Notes under the pieces: generated by a model | What the model was told of the DNA's origin: nothing | The model's input: the letters and a program-made list of their open reading frames with translations, nothing else | The model's database searches: none | Made by a program: the position numbers and the translations under genes | Assembly (NCBI RefSeq): GCF_036321535.1 | Contig: NC_087465.1 | Coordinates: forward strand, 620,001 to 684,000 | Reading direction: 5' to 3' | Length of the DNA stretch: 64,000 nt | Origin: Camelus dromedarius | Lineage: Eukaryota | Shown: piece after piece, positions 10,447 to 22,900 of the stretch | Layout: every line of letters starts with the position of its first letter | Numbering within the stretch: the first letter of the stretch is position 1

Positions 10447-13400
10447 CCTCCCTGTCCCTTCCTTTCCCCGTGTTTTCCCGAGTGACGGCCTCGGGTGGCT
10501 AGCAGGGACTGGCTCCAGGACGTTTGAGGTTCAGGAAGGCAGGCCCCTCTCAACTGTCGTGAATTCTGTTTGGGTTACGTAACTTTTCACTGGGCCTTGG
10601 CCAAGATCACTTTTGTTGGGAAGAAGTTGTTACCGCTAAGTGCTGCTTCCCTAATCCTGGTGGGTCTTTAAGAACCTTTATCAGAAGCAAGTGGGACACC
10701 AGTAACTTGCGGCTGCTTCCAAATAAAACAGCTCTGTCCAGATTATAGCAAGAGTTTATTTCAGGGCTGTGACAAGTCTTAATTGTGTTATTTGCAATTC
10801 ACATATTTGTCCCTCCAAGGGGACGTTGGCCTGGAAGGAAGTGTCACTAAATCACAAGTGGAAAACCTCCCCGAGTCTCAGGACGGTTTCCTGTCCTCTT
10901 GGGAGCAGAACCGAGGCGGGAGTTCAGAGCGGGGGTGACACTGGGAGGCCCGTCTGGGCTCGGGAGGGAGTGCATGAGGCCTGTGTCAGAGAACCAGCTG
11001 TGACTTGATGCTATGAACAGCTCGTCTCCCCAGTGAGAACGAAGCTGTCTCTGCAAACTCCTGTGTTGTAGACGCCCCGCGGCGCTGAAGGAGGATGGAA
11101 ACCCTCCAGGGACAGTCTTACGTGACACCATCTCAGCGTTCTCCTCTGCGATGGCATCAATTTATATTTTTAAGTTCACGGTTTCTCTCCGGATCCTGCC
11201 TGCCAGTTCGGGGTTCCCTGCCCGCCTGCTGCCAGGACTGTTGTCTCAGACTCTGCAGAACAGGAATCTTCACTTCAGATTCCAGGAGTTTTGGTTTTGT
11301 TGTTGTAAAGTGACTTCTCAGTAGAACAAAATAGCATTCGATCGATTTTTTAAAATCCACAACTCGCACTCCTACCACTCTGAGTTACGTGGCAGGGACT
11401 CCCTGCGTCAGAGGTAAAAGGTACCCCAGGAAGTGGTGACTGGGTGCAGGGTCAGCTTGGGGACTGAAGCTCGTCTGCTCCGCTTCAGCTGCACCCCAGC
11501 CCCACTGCTGGGAGGTTAGACCTGGTGTCTGGCCAATTGCTTGGCTAGAAGTCTTTAACAGCAGAGCCCTTGCACTGACCTCTCATCGCATGGCCACCTC
11601 AGCACACTTAGTCCAGTTCTGAGAGCATCAGACTCTGGGCGTCCAGTGGGAGCGAAGCCTGGCTCATCGCAGGCACCGGGAGTCAGAGCTGTTTCCTCGC
11701 TGCTTTTAACAGACAGCAGTGGCCCCAAGGCAGGGTCCGGAGCAGCAGGGAAAGGTGGGCTCTGGGGGGAGGGAGACGTGGTTCCCCGTTCACGTGCTCA
11801 TTCGGGTGCTCTGTGCTTACCTGCCGCCACTGTCGGAGGGGGTCTGACCACGGCCAGCCCTCTGGGCTCAGGCTGACGTGCAGCGAGGCCCAGGAAACTT
11901 CCCCAGGTTGCAGTCCGTCCTCACGGCCCCAGTCGAGGCCCTCAGCGTGGCGCGGATTTGGCTGTGTGGCCGGCTGGGGAAGCGCACCTGCAGGTGAAAA
12001 CGAAAAGGAACTTCTGCCCCCAACACACACCTGGAATTCCAGCTGCAGCAGGAGGGGCCGCCCGCCTGGGCCCAGCTGGGCGGGGGGTCTGCCAGGGCTC
12101 TGCCGAGGGGTCAGGCGGTCTGTGCTGCCGGGGTCTCTGCCCAGCGTGGAGCCCCTGCAGGCCGGACCTCCTTCCCTGGGGCTCCCGACAGGATTCCATG
12201 TCGCCTGGCCCTCTGCTGCCATTCCCTGGGCATCAAGGGAAGAAAGCTCCTGCGATCAGCAGCCTGGCTCCACCGTGGCCGCTGGTCCCGCCGGCCGCGG
12301 CCGCCAGCTTTCTGGGCAGGGCCTGGCGGGTGGAGCAGCCAGGCAGCCAGCGGTGGGTGCGGCCTAAGGCAACTGTCTGAGGCTCTGCATCGTCGCCTCG
12401 GGCTTTGGGCAAGAAGGAGGGAGGGAACAGCTTGGAGGGGCTAACGTTCGGGACAGACGTCGGGAGGGTGTGCGGATCACCCACACTTGGAAGCCTCTGA
12501 CGCTTGTCTCAGCTCGGGGCTGACAAAGGCCCCGTTGTGCGGGGACCTGGGCTCCGTCACCGAAGGCAGCTGACTTGGCTTCAGGACTTGGAAATGGCAT
12601 TTCTCACCTCCTCCACACTAGTCTTTTCAGTTGCTGGCCAAGTTGAAGGGGAAAAAAAATCCCTTAATTCTGGCTAGAAAGGTTTCAAACGTCACATAAC
12701 AGGGAGCTGGGCTGGTGGACTGTCGGCGCAGCATGGCTCCCTCCAGCCCGAGTGGAGTCTCTTCTCAGGAAGCACTTGGGCGAGCTCCGCAGGGCGGCCC
12801 TGCCAGTAAACACGGCGGCGGAAAGCCCCTCCACACACAGCCTCCGCGGCCCGCTTTACGGCCTCGTGATTCTGCCTGAGAACCAGCAGTTTGTGAAGGT
12901 CACACGCTCGTTGTGTTTGCTGAAATAGTCCCCTCCGCGTTTGAGAAGACGCAGTAGATTCCAACTTGACAAAGAAAATTCTCTGAAGAAGGTGCTTCTC
13001 TTCCTAGATTTTAGGGTCTGCACTTTGGCCCCCAAGGGAAGTTCACAGGCACATTGGCACCCGGAAGGCCTGTGCTGTTATGCTTCCAGCTGCCCACTGT
13101 TTCCGTTTGTCAATGAAGCTAGAAAACGTGGTGGCCACTGACCATGCTCGGCCTTTCTCATGTTACCAGTAGCTCTTTTTCTTTTCCTTTTTGCTGCATA
13201 TTTATAATTGCATAGACGGGGATTGCCAAAACTAATTCCACTCTCCACGGACCATCTAGACAGGAGCGTCGCGTTTTTAAGCTGTAAAGTAGCTTTCGGT
13301 TTAGCCTGAACTTGCGATCTGTAGAATTTATAGGAGGAGCCACGTGCCTTGTTCTGGTGGGTTCGGTGGTCGCCCCGGGGTGGGGCTCAGTGCCCTGTGT

Positions 13401-15552
13401 CTGGGAGCATGCGTTCACTCCCCGTCCTGGAGGACAAGTGGACAGAGGTCTCCCACAGAACAGGCGTGGTCACCGTGGGGGAGTCTGCGTGGCCGCCTCC
13501 AGCCGCAGGGCGAGTCCCAGGTACTGGGACGAAGTGCGTGGTGTCGGGGCACTCTCTTCAGAGGCTGGCCCCTCGTCTTGGGGTAGAACTTGTCCCCTGG
13601 TGCACGGCTGCTTACCCGCCAGGAGTCATTATCTGTGACCAACTCAGTTCTTCCTGACACCCCTGAGTGCCGTGGGCTGTGACGTCCATGCTCAGGACAC
13701 TCGTCTCCCTGGGACACACCCAGTGTTGCTCCTGGATGCCGCTCCGAGGCACACCCTCAGGAGGGAGCTGCCTTCAGCAGGGACGGGTGGGGCTGGGTTG
13801 CGTGTCTGCGGGGTCCCCCTCCCCTTCCACCCGCCCCCGGCGCACCCCCCCCCCCCACTTTCCCAGTCAGGGGTTTATTCCCTCAAACCAATATTCCTGC
13901 TCTTCACGTTAAAGCATGATTTGTTTTCTTAAGAATTCCTTCTATAGTACTTGGAGCCTTTTGGATGAAGGCATCAGTCACTGACTGCTGTGTAGAAATG
14001 CTGGTGAAGATAATTAGACACACCAGTTTGTGTCTTTCCTTGCAAAGGCCAGGTCACGCAGGCCCCGCTCTGCAGCTCCCTGCCTCTTGCTGTGACACAC
14101 CGTCTTGCACAGCAGCTCCGCAGGGGCTGTGGGAGAGTCGGGTCTGGGCTGGGGTCTGGGCTGGGTGGACGGGCGCCCCACACCCCATCTCTGTCAGTTC
14201 AGATAAACGGCACAGTCCTGGTCCCAGACCCCGATCTTCAAAGCCCAGTGTTGGGTTACGTTTTATAAGTAGAAAGTCAGATTCAAAGACTCGCAGGAGA
14301 TAATCTAGTCTTAACTCAGAGACGCTTAAAGACGTGCTTCTGATGCTTCTGTGTCTGATTTTCGGGGGCGCTTCTGTAGGCCTGGGATCTAACCTGTGAG
14401 CGTTCCCGCCACAGGGCCGGCTGGCTTCTGGCTGGGCCTGCAGGCTTGGCCTCTGGTTCCCGCGGCATCGCTGCGCCTCGGGGGCTCTGGGTCAGCCCTG
14501 GGGGTGCCTCTGCAGTGCTGGGGACCCTGTGACTTGGAACCCACCCCCAAGGGACACGCTGACGGCCTGGGGTGTGGGCCCACGTCCACCCAGGCGTCTT
14601 GGTGCTGCTGCTCACCCAAGCCCTTCCTTCCACCTGGTGGAAGAGCTGGCCTGGCCGCCTCTCCCCTGCGAGCAGAGGGCTGCTCGTGGTCGAGGGTCTC
14701 CGGGGCCAGCCCTTTGTGCACGTGGGCTGGTCCAGACGTCTAGTCCAGCTCTAGCCCGTTTCCTCCTGTTTGGGCCCTTGACCATCTTGATGGGATTTGA
14801 GTGTGTGGTCACTCAGAGAACCATGGGGCTTTTCACAGAACACTTGCTCAAGAGGGCCCCCACCTCTTTAAGCCAGGACTAGGAGTGGGGGTGCAGAGGA
14901 CAGTCCTGGGGGGCAGGCCAGGGGTGGGGACAGGCCTGGGGCTTAGCAGGGAGCCTGAGGGGGAGGTGGGTGCCGGACCGGGAGGGGGGTCCAGGTGTGT
15001 GGGGGTGGGCGGGCTTAGCTGGATGCCCCCCCGAGCCCCCACCCTGGCTGTGTTCCTCCCCTTCCCCGTGCGCTCTGCCCTCCACGGGGACCCGTGTCTC
15101 CCTTTCCGTGCCGCCGCGGCCCCGCTCCCCCATCTCTGCCCCTGCCCTCGTCCAGGAGTCAGGGACACTCGAGCTTCCTTCCACCTCCCCGCGTCCTGGG
15201 AGCAAGCCGGAGACGCTGGGCCAGGCGTGGCAGACGGAGCAGAGGGCTGCGGGCTGCGAGGGGAAGAAAGCGCTGAGGGAGTAAGTAAGTGTCAAGGAAT
15301 TCATTGTCTGCCCTCCACCTGTTGTTACTCTGGTCCCAATCAACCTGCTCGCCAGGCTGGAGCCGGCGGCCATCTGGAAACACTGCTCTGTTTATAAACT
15401 TGGCACGAAGCAGCACTCCCGGCCTGACCTCCCACACGAATCTGGAAACAATTAGAGCAAGATGATAGGCAGGCAGCCGCTCCAGGGAGGGAGGAGGGGG
15501 CAGCGGGGGCGGGGCCGGCGCCCAGGGAGGCCTGGGTCCTGGAGGGAGGCCT

Positions 15553-15600
15553 GGGGGTGGGGAAGGGGCGGGAGGGGTGTTGTGGGGGGACTGTGGGGGG
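15553..15600 (+). other. G-quadruplex-forming G-tract cluster
   Basis: gggggtggggaaggggcgggaggggtgttgtggggggactgtgggggg has seven runs of 3 or more G in 48 bp, with several 1-2 nt loops. Confidence 0.7.
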
Positions 15601-15959
15601 AGCTCCCCATGGAGGAGCAGGGGACAGAGAGAAGGGAGCGTTCAGGGGCCTGGGTCTGAGTGGGGTCCCGCTGGGAGTGGGGGGGGAGCGTGGGATCAGC
15701 TGGGTGGGAATCGGGGCAGCTCCCCCCACCCCGGGGGGCTGTGGCCTCAGCTGCCTGCCCCTGCTGTGAGCCCAGAACCAGCATGTCGTGGACCCCGAGA
15801 ATTCAGACCTTTCTGGTCCCTGAAAGGAAAACACTGCACAGTCTCAAGTCATTTTTTTAGTTTCGGAAACACATTCTTGAAAAGCACTTTTTAACCACAG
15901 GAAGTTTAAGCAACGTGCCATTTTGCTGCAGAAAAACGAAGAGATACTTGAAGTGCGGG

Positions 15960-16720
15960 GGAGGGGACGGCTCTGTAAAGGGGCCCGCGTGGGGTCTGCG
16001 CGCAGGACGCCGCCCGGCGTCCGGGAGCCGGCGTGGGGGTCCGGCAGATGAAAGGGTCTCCTCCTCTGCGCTCAAGAAACACTGTTTCCCTCTCTTCCTC
16101 CGCGGTTTTGAAACGCGATTCCCAAGCCGGGTGGATGGTCTTTTCACGCTCAGCTGGGGCTCTAACTCCTGAAATATTGATCTGTGGGGGTGGCTGGCAG
16201 ACCGATAATTGGCATCATTAACAAGCTCCCGGTTGGCCAAATGGCCCTCAAGGAGCGGAGGCCTTGGCTCCAGGGCTCAGGCTGGCACCAGGAAAGGCGG
16301 CCCCTCCCCTGGCCGGGGTCTTGCTTCTGCAGCACAGAGCCCCCTGGTCTGGCCTGGAACGCGGGCGAGTGCATTTGCTCAGACCCCTGGAAGTCAGCCC
16401 ATCTGAGTGTCGTCAGCCGGCCCACATCCCGTGCCCGCGGCCGGCGCAGCCTGGTCCTCACATCCGCGCACTGTGCGCTTTCTTTTCTGCCTAAGGGTGT
16501 CCTTTCATACTCCCTGCTTCCGGTGCACCGGCTCCTAAAACCCAGCCCAAGACTGCTGAGGGCCACAGGACACGCGAGGTGCCGTGAGGTGAAAAGACAC
16601 CCCCTGGGGCCCACGAGGCCCTGAGCAGAGCCGCCCTGCGGAGCCGGTCGAGGATGGAGGCTTTGCGGCGCGGCAGCCCGGGGCTGCCCCTCAGAGCGGG
16701 CTCCGGGACGTCCCTGGAGA
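15960..16720. promoter_or_regulatory. CpG-rich patch (CpG-island-like)
   Basis: I hand-counted 14 CpG in 15961-16080. A second CpG-dense stretch lies at about 16380-16720. No linked gene was identified. Confidence 0.35.
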
Positions 16721-18249
16721 CAGCCAGCCTGGCCCAGATTTTAGGCTCCAAGCCTTGTTGCCAGTGGGTTCGTTTGAGCTGTAATATAAAATACTGTGTT
16801 TATTTAACCCCTGTAAGCTGATCTCCTTCGTCTTTGAGAACTGGCTGCGTAGTTAAGGACCCACATTCCTTCCACAGTTAATAAAAATTCATATTTTTCT
16901 CTGTATTCATAAATTTAATTACACTCAGACCCACTTAATCTACATTAGTTTCTGAAATTTTGCCTGGATTAAAAAGAGACGCAGCACTTGCCCCACTGCA
17001 ACATGCAACACAGTCACAGTCTTTTGATTAAAAGTCAGAAGAAACTGGAAACTCAGAAAATTATCTTGTATCGTGACGACTTTCGAACCTGGAGGTGGCA
17101 GAGCTATGGAGTGCCTGGGCCGCGGTTCTCCCCGAGATAGCACCTGCACACTTCAAGGGCCTGTAGTTGTTCGAGTTGATTAAAACTAAACAACACCCCA
17201 AACAAGGCGGATCTGACGACCGTTGTGCGGGATCTTAGTCAACCCTTTACGACAGTCGCGTGAGCTTGGGGTTGGCCTGTGTGTGCTCAGCGGCAGAAGG
17301 AGCTGCCTCCGTGGGCCTCCCCGTGGGGCTGAGGGTGGAGCACAGGGACCAGCAGTGCCTCCTCCTGTTCCCGAGGCTCCTTCCAGGGTAGATTTTGAAA
17401 ATGGACACTTCTGTAAATCGTTTTGCTCTTTGTGAGAGAAATAAATGCGACTTCTCAGCATCCAGGCGCCCACGCTGGGGATTCGAGCCTGGTCACCCGC
17501 CAAGCCTGAAGCCCTCCCCCTGCCCCGAGTCGCCTCCAAGCACCACCTGCTCAGGTGGTGCTGTAAACCCACCTTCCCGCTGGAAAGGGGGCACCAAGAG
17601 CCCCCATTAGAACGCCTGCTTTCATTTCAAAGGGGGCCCTCTCCTCCCTGTCTGCGGACACAGGTGCTCACAGCCCCTCCCTGCACGGGCACACCTGCGC
17701 CCGCCTCCTGCACTTCTGTCTCTTCGCCACTGCTTGGCTTTGCCCTGGTCTGATTTCTGAGACTACGATGGCAACCTCTGTTCCCACCAAAAGGGTGAAA
17801 AAGGAGAACCGAGCAAAATGAAACCTGGATGTATTCAAGAAACGTATTATTTTCTAATTGATAGTTTCTTGAAATGTTATGATATATTCTTACAAGAACA
17901 ATTTCCTTAAATATTTGGTCCCAGGAAGACTTGAAGAAAGAACATTTCTGCAGCTGGAACCGGCTGGTTGTCAGCCGTTTGCGGAACGGAGGAGAGAGGA
18001 CGTCAGTTACCCTCCCGAGTCTGAAGACTGGATCTGCAGGGGCACGTGTCCTCTCCGCCCAGGAGTGCTCAGCTGCGGAGCAGGGACTGAAGTTCTGAAA
18101 TCCGAGCCTCCACCTAAAATCTGGGCCGCACTCTTGCCCCGCGTGTTCTTCTGGAAGCCGTTGGAGGGGAGAGGTCAACGCCGCTTCCTGTGTGTCCCTG
18201 TTTGGCCTTGAGATCATTTAATGGGGGTGGCTTTTGAGAGAAGTGCTCC

Positions 18250-18920
18250 TTAAGTCGGGCACTCGCCCCTCGGCTGAGATGATGCGGTGTGCGGTCTGTG
18301 CCCTGGTGGGCCGGGCGTTGCCTGGTCACGGGCCGGGCCGCTGGCCGGCCTGTGGAGACCTGCCCGGATGAGGAAGAAAACATCCCACGTCCGTGTGAAG
18401 ATGGCCGGGGGTGGGGGGCTGACACCACGCGTCAGGGACCCTCCCCCCAGACCGCCACAGCCTCCGTGTCTGCATGAAGGCCCTCCTGTCCCCTGGGGTT
18501 TCACACCTGCTGTCCCCTACTCTTCCCACTTGTCGCGGACGCCGCTGACCTGATCTCCCGCCTGTTTCTAGAGCCCTGGGCCCTGAGGTTGGGTGGAGAG
18601 CCACCCCGGGCTCGGAGACCTGTTTGCCCCCAGCAGGGGACCTGCTGCTGTGACAGCGCCCGGCCACGCACCACACGGCGCTCACTCCGGCCGCAGTGGC
18701 CGCGTGCTCGCCTTGCGCCCTGCGGTCACGCTAAGTCCCCTCGGTGAGTGCGGCGGGGCCCGGGGAATGGGGCCGCGGGACATCCCGAAGTCAGACTGGG
18801 CCTTACCGGGGAGATGAACCGCAAAGCGACACTGCCCAGTCCTCCTCGGGCGCCATCTGCCCGTGGCCCCGCTGACGCGTCCCGGGCTGTCCGCGGTCGT
18901 GGGTGTGGGGCAGCCGTCTT
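18250..18920. promoter_or_regulatory. CpG-island-like region
   Basis: A hand count gives about 35 CpG in 18601-18900 at roughly 70% GC, for an obs/exp of about 0.9. Confidence 0.55.
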
Positions 18921-19924
18921 CCAGTGGTGCTTCCTTCTGTTATCGTTAGTGATGAAAATCGGATTTATTTCACATATTACAGCGCAGGGTCCGATGTTTT
19001 TACGTGAGCATAACTGCTCTGTAAAACCTCAAGCATTTTTCTCCACTAGAATTGGCAGATGAGAGGTTACGTAAACTTGTGGCCAACGCAGAGGTTCCCG
19101 GAACGTTGCTGTTGAAGCAGAGGGAACAGAGGGCAGGAGCGTGGGCGTCCGGATTCCTCCTGCCGATGGTGCAGACCCGCTGCTGTCTGTTCCTTATTAC
19201 GGCCGCTCTCTGTCCACAGGATAGCTCAGCACCGGAACGTCGGGCATTCTGCCCACGGTCACGCAGCAACTTGGGCCTGACACCGTGCCTGCGAGCAGGT
19301 GGGGGAGGGGGGTCCTTGCTGGAGCCCCTGGGCCCCTGTGCTCCCGGGTCACTGCTCACTGACAGTGAGGAGCTGGTGGGGTCGACGCCACACTGAGGGT
19401 GCACGTGGGGGCCCAAGGGACGCTGTGGGCACGTGCTCCGGGGACGGGCCGTCCTGGCCCTCGCTCTCCTGTGTGCGCCTGTCCTGCACGTGCTCTGCCT
19501 GCTCTAATCTCTGGCCCCGCGGGGAGCGTCTGGGGATAAGGAGAGGATGGGGGGCGCTGCCGTCCGGCCGCAGCTGGTGATACGAGAGCAGAGACTGACC
19601 GAGGGCTTCACGTGTTTCCAGCGCTCCACGTCTGTCAGCCCCTGTGGGCACAACCGGGCAGGGGCACACGGCGCTGAGGCCTCCAGGGCTGCCCCCACTG
19701 AACACCTGCCCCCCGGCTCCTCCCGAGGCACCTGTCACAGGCGGGCTGTGCCCACTGAATGGGCACTGGCCCCAAGGAGGGTCCTGTCCACAGAACCGGC
19801 CCTCCCCAGTCTCCTCGGCTATTGGAACTTCCTGTGGGGCTGCTTCTCAGACCCTGGAGGGAGGCATGTCCGCTGGAATCCGAAGGGAGGAGGGCGAGTG
19901 ATCACACCTGGAGTGAAGGATGAG

Positions 19925-19996
19925 TCCTCGTGGCCACAGCTCCTGTGCTGGGGGTCAGCATCCTCGTGGCCACAGCTCCTGTGCTGGGGGTCAGCA
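19925..19996. repeat. Perfect 36-bp tandem duplication
   Basis: tcctcgtggccacagctcctgtgctgggggtcagca occurs twice, identically. Confidence 0.95.
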
Positions 19997-22900
19997 CGCT
20001 GGCTTCACACCGGAGCTTTTGGCCGTGCATTTCTGTGTTAACTTGGACGTGCTGGTCACAGACAGCAGAGGTCTCAGGAAGTGCAGAGACAGCAGAAAGG
20101 GCCTCCTGGCGAGCCGACGCCACCTCCTAGGGGAGTGCCTGGCCCCACTCGTCCTTCCGCTCACCCCACGCATCCTGCTCAGAGCCTGCAGGATCTTCCT
20201 GCTGTTCTTCAGCCGCAGAAAAGGAGGCCCAGGCCAGGAGCTGCCCACCTGTCCACGGTGTTTGGAGGAGGCCCTCGCTGCTATTTGCAGAGCAGGGAGG
20301 AAGGCCTGCGGCCCTCGGGGCCCTGAGTCAGCGCCTGAGGCCCGCACTGCGCCAGCCGCCCCGTCTGCCCATCTGCGTGTCCCCCATGTTCTGTGGCCCT
20401 GACTCCCCCCGGGAGCCGGTCCCCCACCCCACCCCGCCAGTGTAGCATAACCAGCACCAGTGCGGCTGGGAGCCTGGGTGGAGTACAGGATGGACCTCGT
20501 CCTGGAGAGGCAAAGCTGACCGGTGAGCCTGCACATGGTGTCTTGCCCCAGTCTGCTCACTGTCCTTCCAGGCTGAGGTCTGCGACTCAGGTCGCGCAGG
20601 CGGTCTGGTCTGTGCTGCGTCGGCCCCTGTTCTCATGGAGCTCCCGTTAGGTTCCAGGTGACAGAGTGTGGGGCGGGGCCTGGAGCAGGGGCTGTGGGAG
20701 GGCGGCCCCCTGGAGTGGGCCCCGCTGAGGAGGTGGCTTTGCAGGAGGTGGCGGAGGGGCAGGCCTGTGTCTCCGGGCAGAGTGTCCTGACGGAGTGGCC
20801 TCGGATGGAGGCCAGGCTGTCTGTTCAACGCGGTGACAGGGCCGTGTTCTCAGGCCTGGGGGACCTGTTATCCCCAAGGGGCACCTGCAATGGCCCCGAC
20901 GTCCCTGTGAGTAAAGCAGAGGTCTCAGGGTTCCTGTGCACTCTGCCCGGCCTCCTGACCCCACTGCTCCCCCATGCGGACCACCTGTCCCCTGGGTTGG
21001 GAGTGACTGTCGGGGGAGAGGTGAGCCTGGATGGGCCCCCTCAATTCTACGCACTCTCTGTGTTTTTCCGCGTCTGCCGGGGCACGAACACGGTGCTGAC
21101 CCACGTTACAAAGGGGCAGCTTTTGGCAGCTACAGGCCAGAGCTTGCAAGGGACCCTCCTTTCCCCCAGCTGGAGATGCTGAGCCGGGACTGTCCTCGCT
21201 CCACCTTGCGGTCCAGGGAGCACACGCCACGCGGCCATTCCTCACTGCACCCCCCCGCCCCCCGTGTGCTTTTCCCCGCCTCCCCTCTGGACACTCAACC
21301 CCTACTTCTGCTCAGAGGTGAGCACGTCGTAGGTTAGTGTTTGTCGGCAGAGACTAACTACTTTCCAGCAAGAGATGTGGCCCCTGGAGAATAAAACCCC
21401 TTTATTTCAAGATCGTAAGAGAACAGGTCCGTGTGATGTGGCTCCGGGAACTTAGGACACTGTCCTGAGGACCGGTCGGCCGCTGACCTCCCGTGCTGCT
21501 GTCCACGCGGTTTCCTGGGGGTTCGCGTACCCCTGACGTGTGTGGATGTGTCAGTGTGGTGGGGCTGGAACCGCTCTGACGCTGAGAACGTGAGAAAAAG
21601 TTCTTGGCCAGGTTAATTTCTCAAATCCCTCTTTCTGTGGCTGAGAACAGCTTTGCTTTAACAAGCGTTCCCTGCTCACACTCTGCTTCTCATCTGGCCC
21701 AGCCTCCCGTGAGGCCAGAGCTGTGTCTGTGATAAGGCAGCCGTTACCAAGATGGAAATGATTACCATCCCACGGATGCCAGAGCTGGGGTGGGTGGGCG
21801 CGCAGGGCCGCGCTGGGGACCGCTGCGTCCTCAGCCACTTTGCCCCCTCTTCCCAGGCTGCCTTTGCCCTGAGCAGCTCGGGAAAGCTGCCCTTCCTCCC
21901 TTGGTTTTATTTTTACAGCTTGTCAGTTGTGGCCTCAAAAGTTTGGATGACAGTGTCTGGACCAGCTGTTGTCTGCTGTCTCTGGGGATCCTGGGATCCC
22001 CGGGAATAAGATGAGGCCAGCCTCTCTGGGCCGCCCTTCACGCAGGGAAACTGTAGCAGACGCTCTCGGTCGCAGGAAGCCTGGCGGAGATGACGGCGCT
22101 TTGCCGAGAACGGGGGTGGCGCCTCACCGTGTGCTTGGACGAGCTGGGAGGACAAGGAGGCAGGAAGGGCAGAGGGGGGCGTTTCTCTAAGACTGACCTT
22201 GGGGGGCGGCCCACAGAGGCAGGCCGCTCTGGCCACCAAAAACTCAAGTCATTAAACCTTTTAGGAGATATCTGGGCTCAAAAGATGTAACTTTTTGGTT
22301 GATACTCCTTAACAGAAGACAGAAGATGAGGTTTCCACACGGCAGGGACAAGCAAAGACAGACTTACCGTCCTGAGCGCGAGCTCTTCCCTCAAAGCTGT
22401 GACCATGGCCCCAGGCGACTGATTGACTCCCTCCCCCCACCCAATACAAATAAATTTTAGAGAAAGCTGAGAGTTATGCTTTATTCGGCGGCCTTGCTGA
22501 GGACTGCAGCCCCGGGGGACAGCCTCTCAGCGTCTCTGAGCACCTGCTCCGAAGAGGTGAGGGGGAGGCAGGGAAAATGGGGCCTCTGCTGGGAAAAAAG
22601 TGCCGGCGAACATGGAAGGATTATTGCTAGTCTCAAAAAACAGACGTCTCGAGCTGATGGTTTCTGTGCTTCTCTGTGGATGGGAAGATGCTAGAGTCTG
22701 GATTCACTGAGATTGTCCCTCAGACCCACGTCTCGGCTGTCTCAGGCCAGCGTCCAAGCGCAGGCTGCCTCTTTTTCTGCACCCTAATTCTCCTCAGGGC
22801 CTGCCTTTTGGGACCTGGGCCCAGACAACATTTCTGGTCCCTGGGATGGCGGGTGACAGCCTTTGTCCCATGGGTAAGGGGAAGTCCACAAGGCTGGCCG

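Noticed and set aside
17791-17811. Collagen-like KGEKGEP peptide
   Set aside because: There are only two Gly-X-Y triplets, an in-frame stop lies just upstream, and there are no flanking splice sites.
19925-19996. Short direct repeats as a CRISPR array
   Set aside because: These are adjacent tandem copies without spacers, in a mammalian sequence with no cas genes.
20246-20266. RE1/REST-like site (ctgtccacggtgtt)
   Set aside because: It has too many mismatches outside the core.
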